Assembly: GCA_030390025.1 (NCBI GenBank)
Contig: CM059432.1
Location: 79,424,001-79,488,000, forward strand
Length of the DNA: 64,000 nt
Reading direction: 5' to 3'
Source: Squalus acanthias
Taxonomy: Eukaryota
The translations under genes were made by a program, and so were the position numbers. Below, in pieces: positions 12,811 to 25,256 of the stretch (the stretch's first letter is position 1; each line of letters opens with the position of its first letter). A model generated the notes under the pieces. The model made no database searches. It was not told the DNA's origin and saw only the letters and a list, made by a program, of their open reading frames with translations.

Positions 12811-13363
12811 CAGAGTGACCGTTGACACCGTGGTTGACGTCCATAGTCAGTGATTTCACAATAACTTTTAACGCCGCAGCCAGCCCTACATCACACAGTT
12901 TAGGTTTAGGGGTTAGTGTTAGTTTTAAGAGTTAGAGTTGGGGCTAGTGATTATGAATGGAAACCATTTTAAAATTATTATTGGCAACTTTTCGTCACTA
13001 GACACGTCCAACCCTGAGATGTTCCCTTACCACTCCTAACTAGTGATATATTTTCTGTCACGACACAAAAATACCACTCCTGTAGTCTCCTCCCAATACT
13101 AATAAATATCTCAAGAGCTCACAGAAGTAGCAGTTCAATTGTCTCCAGCCAAGAATTGTATTATCTGTACATACATCTACTCAGAGTATCCCCAGGTCAC
13201 TAATGCAGTTCTTAGATTAGATAAATATGTATAGTTTTACCAAGTTATAGTCATTCTGATTCTATTATTGCTATCTAACAATTGAAAATTGTTCACGTCA
13301 GTTGCAATTATTCAAAAAGCATACATTTTCACTTGAAAGAATAAATAGAAACCTAAATATACT

Positions 13364-14077
13364 GGGGTAGAGTTTCCGCTTTGAGCACAATCAGGAAATT
13401 GCGCCCAAAATGCACTTAAAATTGCGCTGGTTTGGTTACAATTCAAGCTTACGATAAAAATTATTTGCATAATCACAAGCGTAAAATCTTACATGAACCA
13501 GCGCAATCAGGCAGCGTAATAAACGTAATTTTTTTTTCTTTCCACTAAATGTATTTAAGCGTGGTAACCTGATCCAGTTTTATTAATACAGCCGAAAATG
13601 GGTTTATCACAAAAAATAAGCATTTTTAGTAAGAGGGTCCAGCCCTCCACCTGTGAGTATCCTGATTTAAAATCCTAGAACTGACTTAAAAAATCTATAC
13701 TGAACCATTTACTATCTTCATTGGTGTACACTAGTCAATTTCTTAGTAAATTAAATATTTTTTGATAAGGAAAAAACTTTAAAAACGTACCTACTAGTGC
13801 CTGTGCGCCTAAGAAAATGAGCGCAATTGAAGAACCTTCCCGAACCAGCGCAATCGGCAGACTCTTGACCTGCGGGCATGGCCAGTCTCATGGGTGGGGC
13901 CTAATCAGGCGAATTCAGTCTTTAAACCAGCATAAAAGATCACGGAAAACATGAACGTAAACGGTTTTGGGTGTAACTTACTTACATTTAAAATTTCCCA
14001 ATCTTTTGCTCTGGTTCGGCTGATTTCACTCGGATTGCGCTGATATTACTGGCATAAACGAGCAGAAACTCTGCCCC
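13364..14077. mobile_element. Non-autonomous TIR element (Harbinger/PIF-type MITE), 714 bp
   Basis: Left GGGGTAGAGTTTCCGCT / right AGCAGAAACTCTGCCCC (17-bp TIR, 2 mismatches); 3-bp TSD ACT at 13361-13363 and 14078-14080. Confidence 0.8.
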
Positions 14078-14678
14078 ACTGTTTCTAATCTTTTTCTCAT
14101 GTTTGGTTTCTTGTATCTAAGATCTAAAGAGACATTGCTACACATGTAATTTTACAACTGTCCATTCATGCAGCTATTTTGTCTGCCTCCAGGATCCAAA
14201 AAGGAATTAAGTAATGCCTTAAATGCACCAGACTGTTTGCAGTCATAATAGATAAATTAATCAGATTGAAACTATACAAATCTCCAGTCTGGGACCCCAG
14301 CTTTTCATTTTATATATTACATAGATATTATAACACCTTGTTTTGGAAATCAAGAGGAATTTGTCTAAGTTTGAAGATGATAATTAAGATTGGCAGTATT
14401 GGAGTTGAATTTAAAAATTAGCACTCTTGTGTAACAGATGTGGAGGTCAGAGCATCCATAATTTTCCATCCCAGCAAATGCAATATTGCGCAGGGCGTTT
14501 CTGATGTCCACACCCAAATTCTTGATATGTGCTCACATCACAAGAAGCTCTGAACTGAGGGCACTGATGGTGCTCTGAAATCTACAACTCCTGATATGGG
14601 CCTCAACCCCGGCTTGGTGCCAGCCATCTCTGTCAGCACTGACGAGCTTCTTCACCTGCTTTTTCACCCGCCTACATT

Positions 14679-15416
14679 GGCCTAGATTTTTTGTTGAGAG
14701 TAACAGTGAGGCTATCAGCGCTCACCGTTATTATGGAGTAAATTGGACAGCACGTGTGCAGTTAAACGTGGAAATCTGGAAGTTGCGGTCCAAGTTACCC
14801 TGCTCCTCCACAGGCTGTGCTATAACAGTATCTTGCCGATAGACTCGGCATTGAAATCCATGTAAGGGCATGAAGTTGCGGTACTTACTCACGAGTTACC
14901 CATGAAACACACCAGAAAATGTTAGGGCTGGTGCATTCAGGCGTAAATGAATTTTTAACGACGTGATGAGTCATAATTACTGCCAAACAAGCTTTCTGGC
15001 ACTGAAAATTTTATTTTACAAGTGTGGAGTCTCATTCCTTCAGAATTTAATTAGTGTTGGAGATTTAATTAAAAAAATTAAAAAAAATTCTGTGTGTCTC
15101 TTTTATCTCTCTTAATCCCATCTTTCTTTCCCTCCCTTTATTTCACTTTCTGTACATGATTTAAATCTAATTTACACTTCCTGGTTTATATTCTGTGTGT
15201 CTCAGTGAAGATTCTTCAATCTGATTGGTTTAAGAGCCACGCTGTTGCTTGGCCTGCTCATGCACGCCACAGATCTCTTGTAGAGGGCACCGTGCTGGAT
15301 CAGATGCCCAATGACATCAAGTTTCCGCTCAAAAGCCCATGAAATCTTATTGGTCAGCTGTCAGCATAGTGGATGGCGAGCGGCGTTCCTTCACCACTGA
15401 CTGCAAAATCCGGCCC
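14679..15416. mobile_element. Non-autonomous TIR element (Harbinger/PIF-type MITE), 738 bp
   Basis: Left GGCCTAGATTTT / right AAAATCCGGCCC imperfect TIR resembling the Harbinger ends at 28494/32711; 3-bp TSD ATT on both sides. Confidence 0.65.
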
Positions 15417-15749
15417 ATTGATCTGCAGTGGCAGCATTGATCTCCAAACTTCTCAATAAACTCAGTCCATGTTGGCTCCTGCACCTGCTGTACTCCCATT
15501 GGATTAACAGCCTGGCTGCAAACTGTTCTAAGATACCCACCCTGCTTGGTAATTTTCAGTTTCTCCTTTTGTACCTAAACAAACGAATTCAGGGATGGAT
15601 ACCGAGTGGGGGTTGGTCTCCATAACTTCTCTTTGTTTGCGCTCTTCCCTTCCTCACACACAAGAGATTTATTTTCTTAGTTAGGAGAGTCACTACTGGA
15701 CAACGATCTGGAAAATCCACCTAATACTTAAGTGTCCTTTCTCGACTCT

Positions 15750-17760
15750 TCCCTAATGTCCATCAATGCTGCCTCCCTCTCTGTGGAAGACCTGGGGATG
15801 CATCATGTACCTTTTCTACAATGCCTACAGAAGCCTGCTTCCTCTACATAGTGAGTTACCTTATGAACCTCCCTCCCGCCACTAAGATTTTGGAATGACA
15901 TGCATTAGCAACTTGAGAATATGACAAATCACATCAGGCTTTTCACACCTCAGCTGAGCTTCTCAACACTGCCAGTCATCTATTTGGAATTTGTACTCCA
16001 AATCCTAACTTGTTTTTGTAAGACCAATACCCAGGAAGAAAATTCTGAAGTACCTGATAAGGAATCCAGATGGCTGAACTCATTGGCCTGGTGAGTTTAC
16101 CAATAAGGTCCGACTTAAATACATATTGCTTGGCAAATTTACCCGGCTGCTTTTACACATCAATGACAGCTTCAGGATATGGCAAAATTGGTTTTGAAAC
16201 CCTTTTGTGACCAACTACATCCACTGATCGGGGTTAAGATCAGCATTACAGCAACAAGTTGCAAATTAAGTTTTGAATCGGGTGAGGGCTGTAAGCAATG
16301 CAGTTTTGTTCTAATCAGCTGTGGCTTGCCTTATTTTCATGAAAACTGCAGCATCAGCTCCTATAACTGCCATTTGCCAAACTAAATTTTCAGTAGACAA
16401 ATGACCAATCTTCTGGAGGCCTTAAGACAATATCACAAAAAGGGCAAACTCCCTTTCATGTTACCTGCTGCCTTCTATCAACAGGTCAAAGCAGGGGTCA
16501 TCTCAACAGCAGTCCTTTTAGTATGCCTCCCAGGGCTTTAGGTCCCATACTCAAAATCAGCCAATCATACTAGAAATTGACCAGTTAGAGGGATTCTCAA
16601 AGAAGGCCCCAACATAGATAATAGACCTGCTGCATCAACCCAACAATAATTTGTTTTCTTTCATAAAGCAGCTTCAACCAACAACTTTCTTTTATATAGC
16701 ACCTTTTGTGAAATGAGATATCTGAAGAGGAACAGAGGATACCACGTAGGACATGGTTAGGCAAAGTGACTGAAATATGTGGATGAAGGAGGAGAGCAGT
16801 AGCAATACAGCAGTTCAGGTAGATAATTTCAATGTGCAGGGACATGGCAAATGAAGGTTGTGCAGAGGGAGAAGAACAGAATCTGTTCGTGTTATTTTGT
16901 GGTTCCTAAAAAATTGGAAATTGGACCTCAGAGCCCTGAACAAATTCATGAAACAGGAAAGATTCAAGATGGTAACAGTGCCATTTACCATTCAGGCAAT
17001 GTGTCCCCCCAAATTGTTGACTGCTATGGATCTAAAAGATGCCTATTTTCACATCTCTATCTGGGCATGTCATCACAGATTTCTAAGAGTCAATAGTCAT
17101 GGATGCAGCTACCAATGGAATGCTTTCCGTTGGTTCTTTCTCAGCCCCAGGTTTTTTATGAAATATCTGTTTGTTGTAGTACTGCACACAAGATTGCAGT
17201 GCCAGCACATCTAGCCTTAGTTGGATGAGCAGCTAACATTCCAACAATTTCATCATCAACTGTGAGAAGTTGCAACTGCAGCCAAGCCAAAATTTGTCAC
17301 TTCTGGATGCCCGATATCAAATATTACTGGGAAAGATTTTCCTGTCCCTGAACCAATTACCAGTATTTGAAAGACTGATATGCCCTCTTTGGGAGCGATC
17401 AGAGATTTCCATGGCAGAATGAGGGTGCTCAGTCTGATAGCAGTGGTCATCTTCTTTGTGCCCCAGCATCAAGCTTTTGGAGGTCGCTTCAGTTGAATCT
17501 GCTCAGTCATTGGTCATATCCATTATCAAAGCTAGTTCAGATTGATGAAGCCTTAGCTGAGGATTTCTGGTGGCCTCAGGAAACAGTGTTCTTCAGGGGT
17601 TCCCCTGAAAGCACCACTTCCTGAGCTGATAGTTGTTACAGATGCATTCTGTTGAGTTGGGCAGTATTCTAAAGCTTTGTTGCAGGGCAAGTTGGTACAT
17701 GAAGAAGATTGGGAAACAAAATAGTCAGAGTTGTGTATCTCCATTCTGAGACCCTTACAG
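15750..17760 (+). mobile_element. DIRS1-like (tyrosine-recombinase) retrotransposon relic: RT and start of RNase H, possibly gag upstream
   Basis: ORF 16858..17214 LDLRALNKF..FKM...DLKDAYFHISI...HRFLR...YQW..SPRFFMK matches the DIRS RT pattern; IVVTDA (RNase H start) at ~17628; many stops and frameshifts. Left boundary uncertain. Confidence 0.8.
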
Positions 17761-18954
17761 TCCTGTAAGTTTAGTAGAAGATTTTCAGTTGTGGTTTTGA
17801 TGCTGGAATAGCCCTGCCTCTCTATGTTTCTCTCTTTTTCTTGGGAAAAAATAAAAGATACCAGTAACACAATGGTTCAATTGAGATATATTGTATAGTG
17901 TTTGTTTTATAACTTTTTAATTTTTTTATTACTTTCATAAATTGGCTTTATTTTTTTATTTACTTCCATTATTTTTCCTCAGTTGTTCAATTTCCCATTT
18001 TTAAGTCTGCATATTCCAGAACAGCAGACAGTCAACTTTCTCCCAAACTCTCTCAGTTCTGCAAGTAATCCACTAGTTCAGTGGTTTGCAATGTGATGCA
18101 AGTAAGCCAGAATAATGCCAGGACACTCAATGACTTACCATGCACCATAACCTTAATAGAAGTTAGATTACAACATTTTACAAATTAAAAATTCTCACTC
18201 TATAATATTGAAAAAATATGCACAAGTATGACTGATTTTTTTTTGGCGGAACATTATGCAATTTGCAAAGATTGTTTGCGACCCAAGAATTTTCCCTCTG
18301 CGATCCATTTTTGGCTCACAATCTTTTAGGAGCAGCTCAGGCTGACCTATCCTCTGATTTCTTCCCTCGTCCCAACCCAACCTGTGAAGAAGCACCCTGC
18401 ATCTATTTCCTGCGGCATGCAATTGAGATTATGAACTTGTGTGCTCAAACTAGCATCATTCCTTTCACTCTTTGGCATTGTGAAATTACCTTTTATATTT
18501 ACATTCCAAAGTTAGTTATTTTAACTACATAAAGAAAAGTGTTTTTATTGACATTGCAATTTTTAAATTTGTGTGTATGATGCAGGTATTTTCCTCACAT
18601 TGCTACAACAATTAATAACATAAGAATTTAGGAATGTGGGGACAGCACAGTGGGGCAGCAATACTTTGGGTTGGGCACCAATACAGTACACCATGGAATT
18701 CCTGATCTAAGTCAGTCTGCAGATATGGCAAGCAGAAACTAGGAGTTTCATTACAAGAGGGAAGGATCAGAAGTATATTTATTATAGACTATGTTTGCAC
18801 AACTTCTAGTCACTTTAAAACAGCATTAGAGGAGGCTTGGAAGCAGGTTGATCATTTGACCTGTTGGTCACAGTGGGTGCATGGCATAGAGAAACTAGAG
18901 AATGATGACAAAAAATAACCAAAAAAAAGCACTAGCGGCCGGTTCGATTCAGTG

Positions 18955-19205
18955 AGGGCCTCGGGAGTCGGGGGAAGAGAGGAAGACTGGACAATGGGAT
19001 TGGAGGGGAAGACTGGGGGCTCGGGGGAAGAGAGGGGCAATTGGGGTCGGTGGATGGGGAGACTGGGGAATGAAGGTCAGAGAAAGAGGGAAAATAGAGA
19101 TCAGGGAGAGGGTAATGGGGGTCAGAAGGAGGGAAATGGGGGGGTCAGAGAGAGAGGGGAATGGGGGTCAGGAGGAGGGAAGTGGGGTTTGGAGAGAGGG
19201 GGAAT
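18955..19205 (+). repeat. G/A-rich low-complexity tract
   Basis: Degenerate 'gggggtcagagagagaggggaat' units. Confidence 0.7.
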
Positions 19206-19284
19206 GTGGATGCTCAGTTGATGAGTATATTCAAGACTGAGATTGATAGATTTTTGGGCACTAAGGGAATCAAATGATATATAT

Positions 19285-20455
19285 AGACATCGCAGAGGAG
19301 GTCAGCAGCAGGGATGTGGTGAGGAGAACGTGGATCCAGTGCCGCAAGAGATTCAATGATCTCATGAGGTCAGGGAAGGTGAGTGCAATGCCACACTCAC
19401 CTACATCCTGATGTGTGTGTCACCCCAACCCCATCACTCTGCCTTCCCAAGCCTACTCCTGCACATCACTCCTCACACCAACCTACCTTGCAGGTGCACC
19501 CATCCCTCTCTGTCTATGCACCTACTCACATCCCCATCTGACTAACCACCACTGACACCCTAATCCTAATGCAATCATAACAAGTAACACTACAGAAGGA
19601 GGCCATTTGGCAATGTCACGCCACTCACTCATAGTGACCCTCTACAGTTGTAGACCATCCATTCCTTACACTCATTTCATCACTCTCACTCAAAGTTCTC
19701 TTCTTTCCCTCCTTGTAGGAAAAGAGAGCCCACTACAACAGGGAAAGACTTAGAACTGGAGGTGGCCCTCTTCACAAATTTGACTCCAGCAGAGGAGGAG
19801 GCCCTAGACATGTCTGGAGTTGCAGAGCTGCTGGCGGTGGGAGACGGAGAGAGGGGAACCTCCCAGAAACCTGGTGACTGAATTAAATCTCATACAGCCA
19901 CACGGCAAACAACAGTCACCCATATGGTGACTGCTGTCAGCAGCCAGTGAAATTTCATCATGTGCATAATGGTAATGTTACCCATTCTTATCATAAGACT
20001 TCTAATTCATCTCTTTACTCTCCCACAGGTCCATCAAATGCACCTCCCCCCCGCCCCCGCCGCCACTGTCCAGCTGGAAGAAGAAGATGACTCCTCAGAG
20101 GAAGCTCCAGTCTCTGAGGTTCACTGTCAGCAGACCCATGCACACCCAGCACCAGTGCAGATACGCACACCTCAGTGGGTCCTGTGCGAAATAGAGTAGT
20201 GTTGTCACCTGGTGTCTCACACATCACAAGTGAGCAAGAGCAGATGGTGTTCACCGCGACAGCAGTGGAGACTCCTCGCCGGAGGGCGCAGGACGCTCCA
20301 AGCTCTGCTGAGCTGCATGTAGATGCTGAACCTCGGGGGCCATCGAGAAAGTGGGTGATCTTGGAGGTTCAGGAAGAATTGCATGAGGCTCTGGCAGCTT
20401 TTGCAGCCACAATGTGTGCAAATATACAGAGAATGGAGGAGTCCATCTCCAACAA
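19285..20455 (+). mobile_element. Fragment of a second Harbinger element: spliced Myb/SANT-like gene
   Basis: IAEEVSSRDVVRRTWIQCRKRFNDLMRSGK|gtgagt (19378), tag|EKRAHYNRERLRTGGGP (19719), cag|...EEEDDSSEEAP...MEESISN (20029-20455); same exon layout and clear homology to 32441..30974. Confidence 0.85.
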
Positions 20456-20459
20456 GTGG

Positions 20460-22730
20460 AGCAAGTGCCAGTAGGGGAACATTTAGGGAACAGTGATCAT
20501 AGTATCATAAGGTTTAGATTAGCTATGAAAAGGACAGGGAGCAGTCTAGAGTAAAAATACTTAATTGGAGGAAGGCAAATTTCAGTGGGTTGAGAATGGA
20601 TCTGGCCTGGGTAAATTGGAATCAAAGATTGGCAGGCAAAACTGTAATCGAACAATGGGCTGCCTTTAAAGAGGAGATGGTTCGGGTACAGTCGAGGTAC
20701 ATTCCCACGAGGGGAAAGGTAGGGCAACTGAAGTCAGATCTCCCTGGATGACGAAAGAGATAGAGAATAAGATGAAGCAGAAAAAGAGCGCATATGACAG
20801 ATGTCAGGTTGAGAATACAAGTGAGAATCAGGCTGAATATAGAAAGTTCAGAGGAGAAGTGAAAAAGGAAATAAGAGGGGCAAAGGGAGAGTATGAGAAT
20901 AGATTGGCAGCTAACATAAAAGGGAATTCAAAACTCTTCTATAGGCATATAAATAATAAATGGGTAGTAAGAGGAGGGGTGGGGCCGATTAGGGACCAAA
21001 AAGGAGACCTACGCATGGAGGCAGAGGGCATGGCTGAGGTACTAAATGAGTACTTTGCATCTGTCTTCACCAAGGAAGAAGATGCTGCCAAAGTCATAGT
21101 GAAAGAGGAGGTAGTGGAGATACTGGATGAGATAAAAATTGATAAAGAGGAGGTACTAGAAAGGCTGTCTGAACTTAAAGTTGATAAGTCACCAGGACCG
21201 GATGGGATGCATCCTAGGATGCTGGGGGAAGTTAAGGAAGAAATGGCGGAGGTACTGGCCATAATCTTCCAATCCTCCTTCGATATGGGGGTGGTGCCAG
21301 AGGAGTGGAGAATTGCAAATGTTACACCCTTGTTCAAAAAAGTGTGTAAGGATAAACCCAGAAACTACAGACCAGCCAGTTTAACTGCAGTAGTGGGGAA
21401 GCTTTTAGAAATGATAATCAGGGACAAAGTTAACAGTCACTTGGACAAGTGTGGCTTAATTAAGGAAAGCCAGCACGGATTTGTTAATAAGTCGTGTTTA
21501 ACTAACTTGATCGGGTTTTTTGATGAGGTAACAGAAAGGGTTGATGAGGGTAATGCAGTTGACGTAGTGCACGTGGATTTCCAAAAGGCATTCGACAAAG
21601 TGCCACATAATTGGCTTTCCAGCAAAGTTGAAGCCCATGGAATAAAAGGGACAGTGGCAGCATGGATACGAAATTGGCTAAGTGACAGGAAACAGAAAAT
21701 AGTGCTTAACGGTTGTTTTTCGGTCTGGAGGAAGGTATACAGTGGTGTTCCCCAGGGGTCGGTACTAGGACCACTGCTTTTCTTGATATATATTAATGAC
21801 TTGGATGTGGGTGTACAGGGCACAATTTCAGAATTTGCAGATGGCACAAAACTTGGAAGTATAGTGAACAGTGAGGAGAAGAGTGATAGACATCAGGAAG
21901 ACATAGACAGGCTGGTGAAATGGGCGGACACGTGGCAGATGAAATTTTAATGCAGGAAAGTGTGAAGTGACACATTTTAGTAGAAAGAATGAGGAGAGGA
22001 CATATAAACTAAATTGTACAATCCTAAAGGGGGTGCACGAACACAGAGACCTGGGGGTATATGTGCACAAATCATTGAAGGTGGCAGGACAGGTTGAGAA
22101 AGCAGTTAAAAAGGCTTACGGGATCCTGGGCTTCATAAATAAGGGTATAGAGTACAAAAGTGTGGAAATTACGATGAACCTTTATAAAACACTGGTTCGG
22201 CCCCAACTGGAGTACTGTGTCCAATTCTGGACACCACACTTTAGGAAGGATGTGAAGGCCTTAGAGAAGGTGCATAAAAGATTTCCAGGAATGAGGGACT
22301 TCAGTTACGTTGATAGACTGGAGAAGCTGGGGTTGTTCTCATTGGAGCAGAGAGGATTGAGAGGAGATTTGATAGAGGTGTTCAAAATCATGAGGGGTCT
22401 GGACAGATTAGATAGAGAGAAACTGTTCCCATTGGCAGAAGGGTCGAGAACCAGAGGACACAGATTTAAGGTGATTGGCAAAAGAACCAAAGGCGACATA
22501 AGAAAAAAGTTTTTTACGCAGCGAGTGGTTAGGATCTGGAATGCACTGCCTGAAAGGGTGGTGGAGGCAGACTCAATCTTATCTTTCAAAAGGGAGTTGG
22601 ATAAGTATCTGAAGGAAAAAAATTTGCAGGGCTAATGGGAAAGGGCAGGGAAGTGGGACTAGCTGAGAGTCGGCACGGGCTCGACGGGCTGAATGGCCTT
22701 CTTCCATGCTGTAACCATTCTATAATTCTA
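20460..22730 (+). mobile_element. CR1 LINE, 5'-truncated ORF2 (RT) with frameshifts
   Basis: ORFs 20748..21950 and 21967..22635 ([42 protein letters not shown]); (ATTCTAT)n-like tail at ~22717-22731. Confidence 0.95.
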
Positions 22731-23207
22731 TGAGACAGCATAAGTGGCACCCATGCTGATCTAATATATGGCAGATAAAGTGGAGATCAGAGGCCCAATC
22801 CTTCATTGCTGTGATAGTGACTAGCAATGTGGTGAGAGTGGCATCCGAGTTTGCAGAAATGACCAGCAAACTCTTGACAGCTAAATCTCTGCACAAAATG
22901 GAGTCAGCAAGAGCCTTTCCATTAAGCAAGGAAGCAGGTGTAATATGTGAGTATTTGTGTTTTTTCCACCAAATGGTGCACCTTCATTGGCCAACAAATT
23001 GGATGGGGTTTTTTCCTCTGATATTTTGTCCTTTTCTCTTCTAAATGAGCTAACACTTTATAGGGTATGTTTCCACATGTACCAGACATAGAATAAAACT
23101 AATTTCCTCCAGTACCTCATCTGTGTGAATTGAAACAGAGAGTGCCAATAAGCTATTTAATCCTGGAGCATCACAACCAAGCATGATCGTGCTTTAATCC
23201 AGCAACC

Positions 23208-23685
23208 TGTTAAATTATTTGTTAATTATGAAGTTGAATTAAGCGTGAGTGTTAGACGCCAACGTTTTCTTGTTTCGGCTTTATTAAGCTCGGAGTAAAG
23301 AGAAGTTACACAAGCAGATGTAGTCACGCACTCTTCAGATTCGGAAACCCTTTAGGTATTACACCAGGCACCTCTTCGGGTATTGTACTGAACACTAAGC
23401 ATTGCGGTCTATTTACACATTACTGAGTTCCGCAAAAGTCCCTTGTTCTCTCCTATTGGCTCCCTCTTGCCACATAACCTCATATGGTGCTACCCCTTTA
23501 GTAATTTTCCTTCGTGCCTGGACTTGCCTTTCATCGTGAGCGACTTCCTGTCTTTGTACCGCAATGGATCCAATCAACTGTTGCTAGGCTAGGCACATAT
23601 ATTTTGCACACGTTACATATATTTTAATTTCCTTGTTGCTCGGCTAACTCTTTCGAACCTTTTTCCTGCCGTCCATGTTTCAACA
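23208..23685 (-). mobile_element. Probable solo LTR (478 bp)
   Basis: TGTT...AACA termini; flanks CAACC / CATCC (5-bp TSD, 1 mismatch); minus-strand CCAAT (~23455) and AATAAA (~23280); richer in CpG than the flanks. Confidence 0.55.
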
Positions 23686-23874
23686 CATCCATACACAATC
23701 ACTTTCTCTGGGGACACCAAAACTGATTGTAGCACACCTACTGCCATTTAACTCAGCAGATTCCAGTGAACTTCTATGATAGCAAAATACTGCGGATGCT
23801 GGAAATCCGAAATAACAACAGAAAACGCTGGAAAAACTCAGCAGGCCAGGCAGCATCCGTGGAGAGAGAAACAG

Positions 23875-23911
23875 AGTTAACGTTTCAGGTCGAAGACCTT
23901 TCGTCAGAACT
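23875..23911 (-). ncRNA. Minimal type I hammerhead ribozyme motif in Penelope pLTR (intact core)
   Basis: Minus strand AGTT-CTGACGA-A-AGGTC-TTC-GACCT-GAAAC-GTT-AACT: stem I AGTT/AACT, CUGANGA, 5-bp stem II, GAAA, palindromic minimal stem III. Confidence 0.8.
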
Positions 23912-24224
23912 GGAAAAAAGCAGGAAATGAAATAGATTTAAAGCAAGTATAATGCTGGGAAAAGGGGGAGGGGATGAAAGAACAAAAGGGAAGGTCAGTG
24001 GTAGGATAGAAAGCAGGACAGATTAAGAGACATTGAGAGACATTAAGAAATATTCAAGGCAAGAGGAGGTGGTAATGTGACAGGTTGAGGCTAGATGAAG
24101 TGTGAAATGCGCTGGCAGAATGAAGGACAGCTGCCAGCTTCTGGGAGGGAAGAAAAAAGGGCCAAACAAAAGGGTGGATGAAAAAATAAAATAAAAATAT
24201 ATATATATGTGATAGGGGCAGTGG

Positions 24225-25256
24225 TTATGATCTGAAATTGTTGAACTCTATGTTGAGTCCAGAGGGCTGTAGAGTGCCTAAACGAAAGATGAGGTGCTGT
24301 TCCTCGAGCTTACGCTGAGCTTCCGTGGAACAATGCAAGAGGCCGAGGACGGTGAGGTCTGAGTGGGAGTGGAGCGGAGAATTAAAGTGACAGGCCACCG
24401 GGAGCTCGGGGTCCCCCTTACAGACTTGACGGAGGTGTTCCGCAAAGCGGTCACCCAATCTGCGTTTGGTCTCCCCAATGTAGAGGAGACCACATCGTGA
24501 GCAGCGAATACAGTATACTAAATTGCAGGAAGTACAAGTAAATCGCTGTTTCACCTGGAAGGGGTGTTTGGGGCCCTGGACAGTGGGAAGGGGGGAGGTA
24601 TAAGGGCATGTGTTGCATCTCCTGCGCTTGCACAGGAAGGTGCCGGGCGAAGGGGAAGGGGTGCTAGGGGTGGTAGAGGAGTGGACTAGGGTGTCGCGGA
24701 GGGAGCGGTCCCTGCGGAATGCTGAAAGGGGAGGTGAGGGGAAGATGCGTTTGGTGGTGGGATCACGCTGGAGGTGGCGGAAATGGCGGAGGATGATCCG
24801 TTGAATGTGGAGGCTGGTGGGGTGAAAGGTGAGGACAAGGGGAACTCTATCGTGGTTCCGGGAGGGAGGGACAGGGGTGAGGGCAGAAGTGCGGGAGATA
24901 GAACAGACACGGTCGAGGGCCGTGTCAACCACAGTAGAGGGGAATCCTCGGTTGAGGAAAAAGGAAGACATGTCGGAAGCACTGGTATGGAAGGTGGCAT
25001 CGTCAGAGCAGATGCGGCGGAGACGGAGAAACTGGGAGAATGGAATAGAGTCCTTACAGGAGGCGGGGTGGGAGGAAGTGTAGTCCAGGTAGCTGTGGGA
25101 GTCAGTGGGCTTGTAGTGAATGTTAGTCAATAACCTATCCCCAGAGATGGAGATGGAGAAGTCGAGGAAGGGAAGGGAAGAGTCGGAGATGGACCATGTG
25201 AGGGTGAGGGAAGGGTGGAAATTGGAAGCATAGTGAATGAAATTTTCTAGTTCAGG
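24225..25256 (-). pseudogene. Penelope RT thumb + GIY-YIG endonuclease, left arm (5'-truncated)
   Basis: PELENF...YKPTD..YL..S.HP...CKRRRCNTC...LVYCIRCSRCGLLYIGET..R..EH...E..LI..L.T..P.GLN. Confidence 0.9.
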
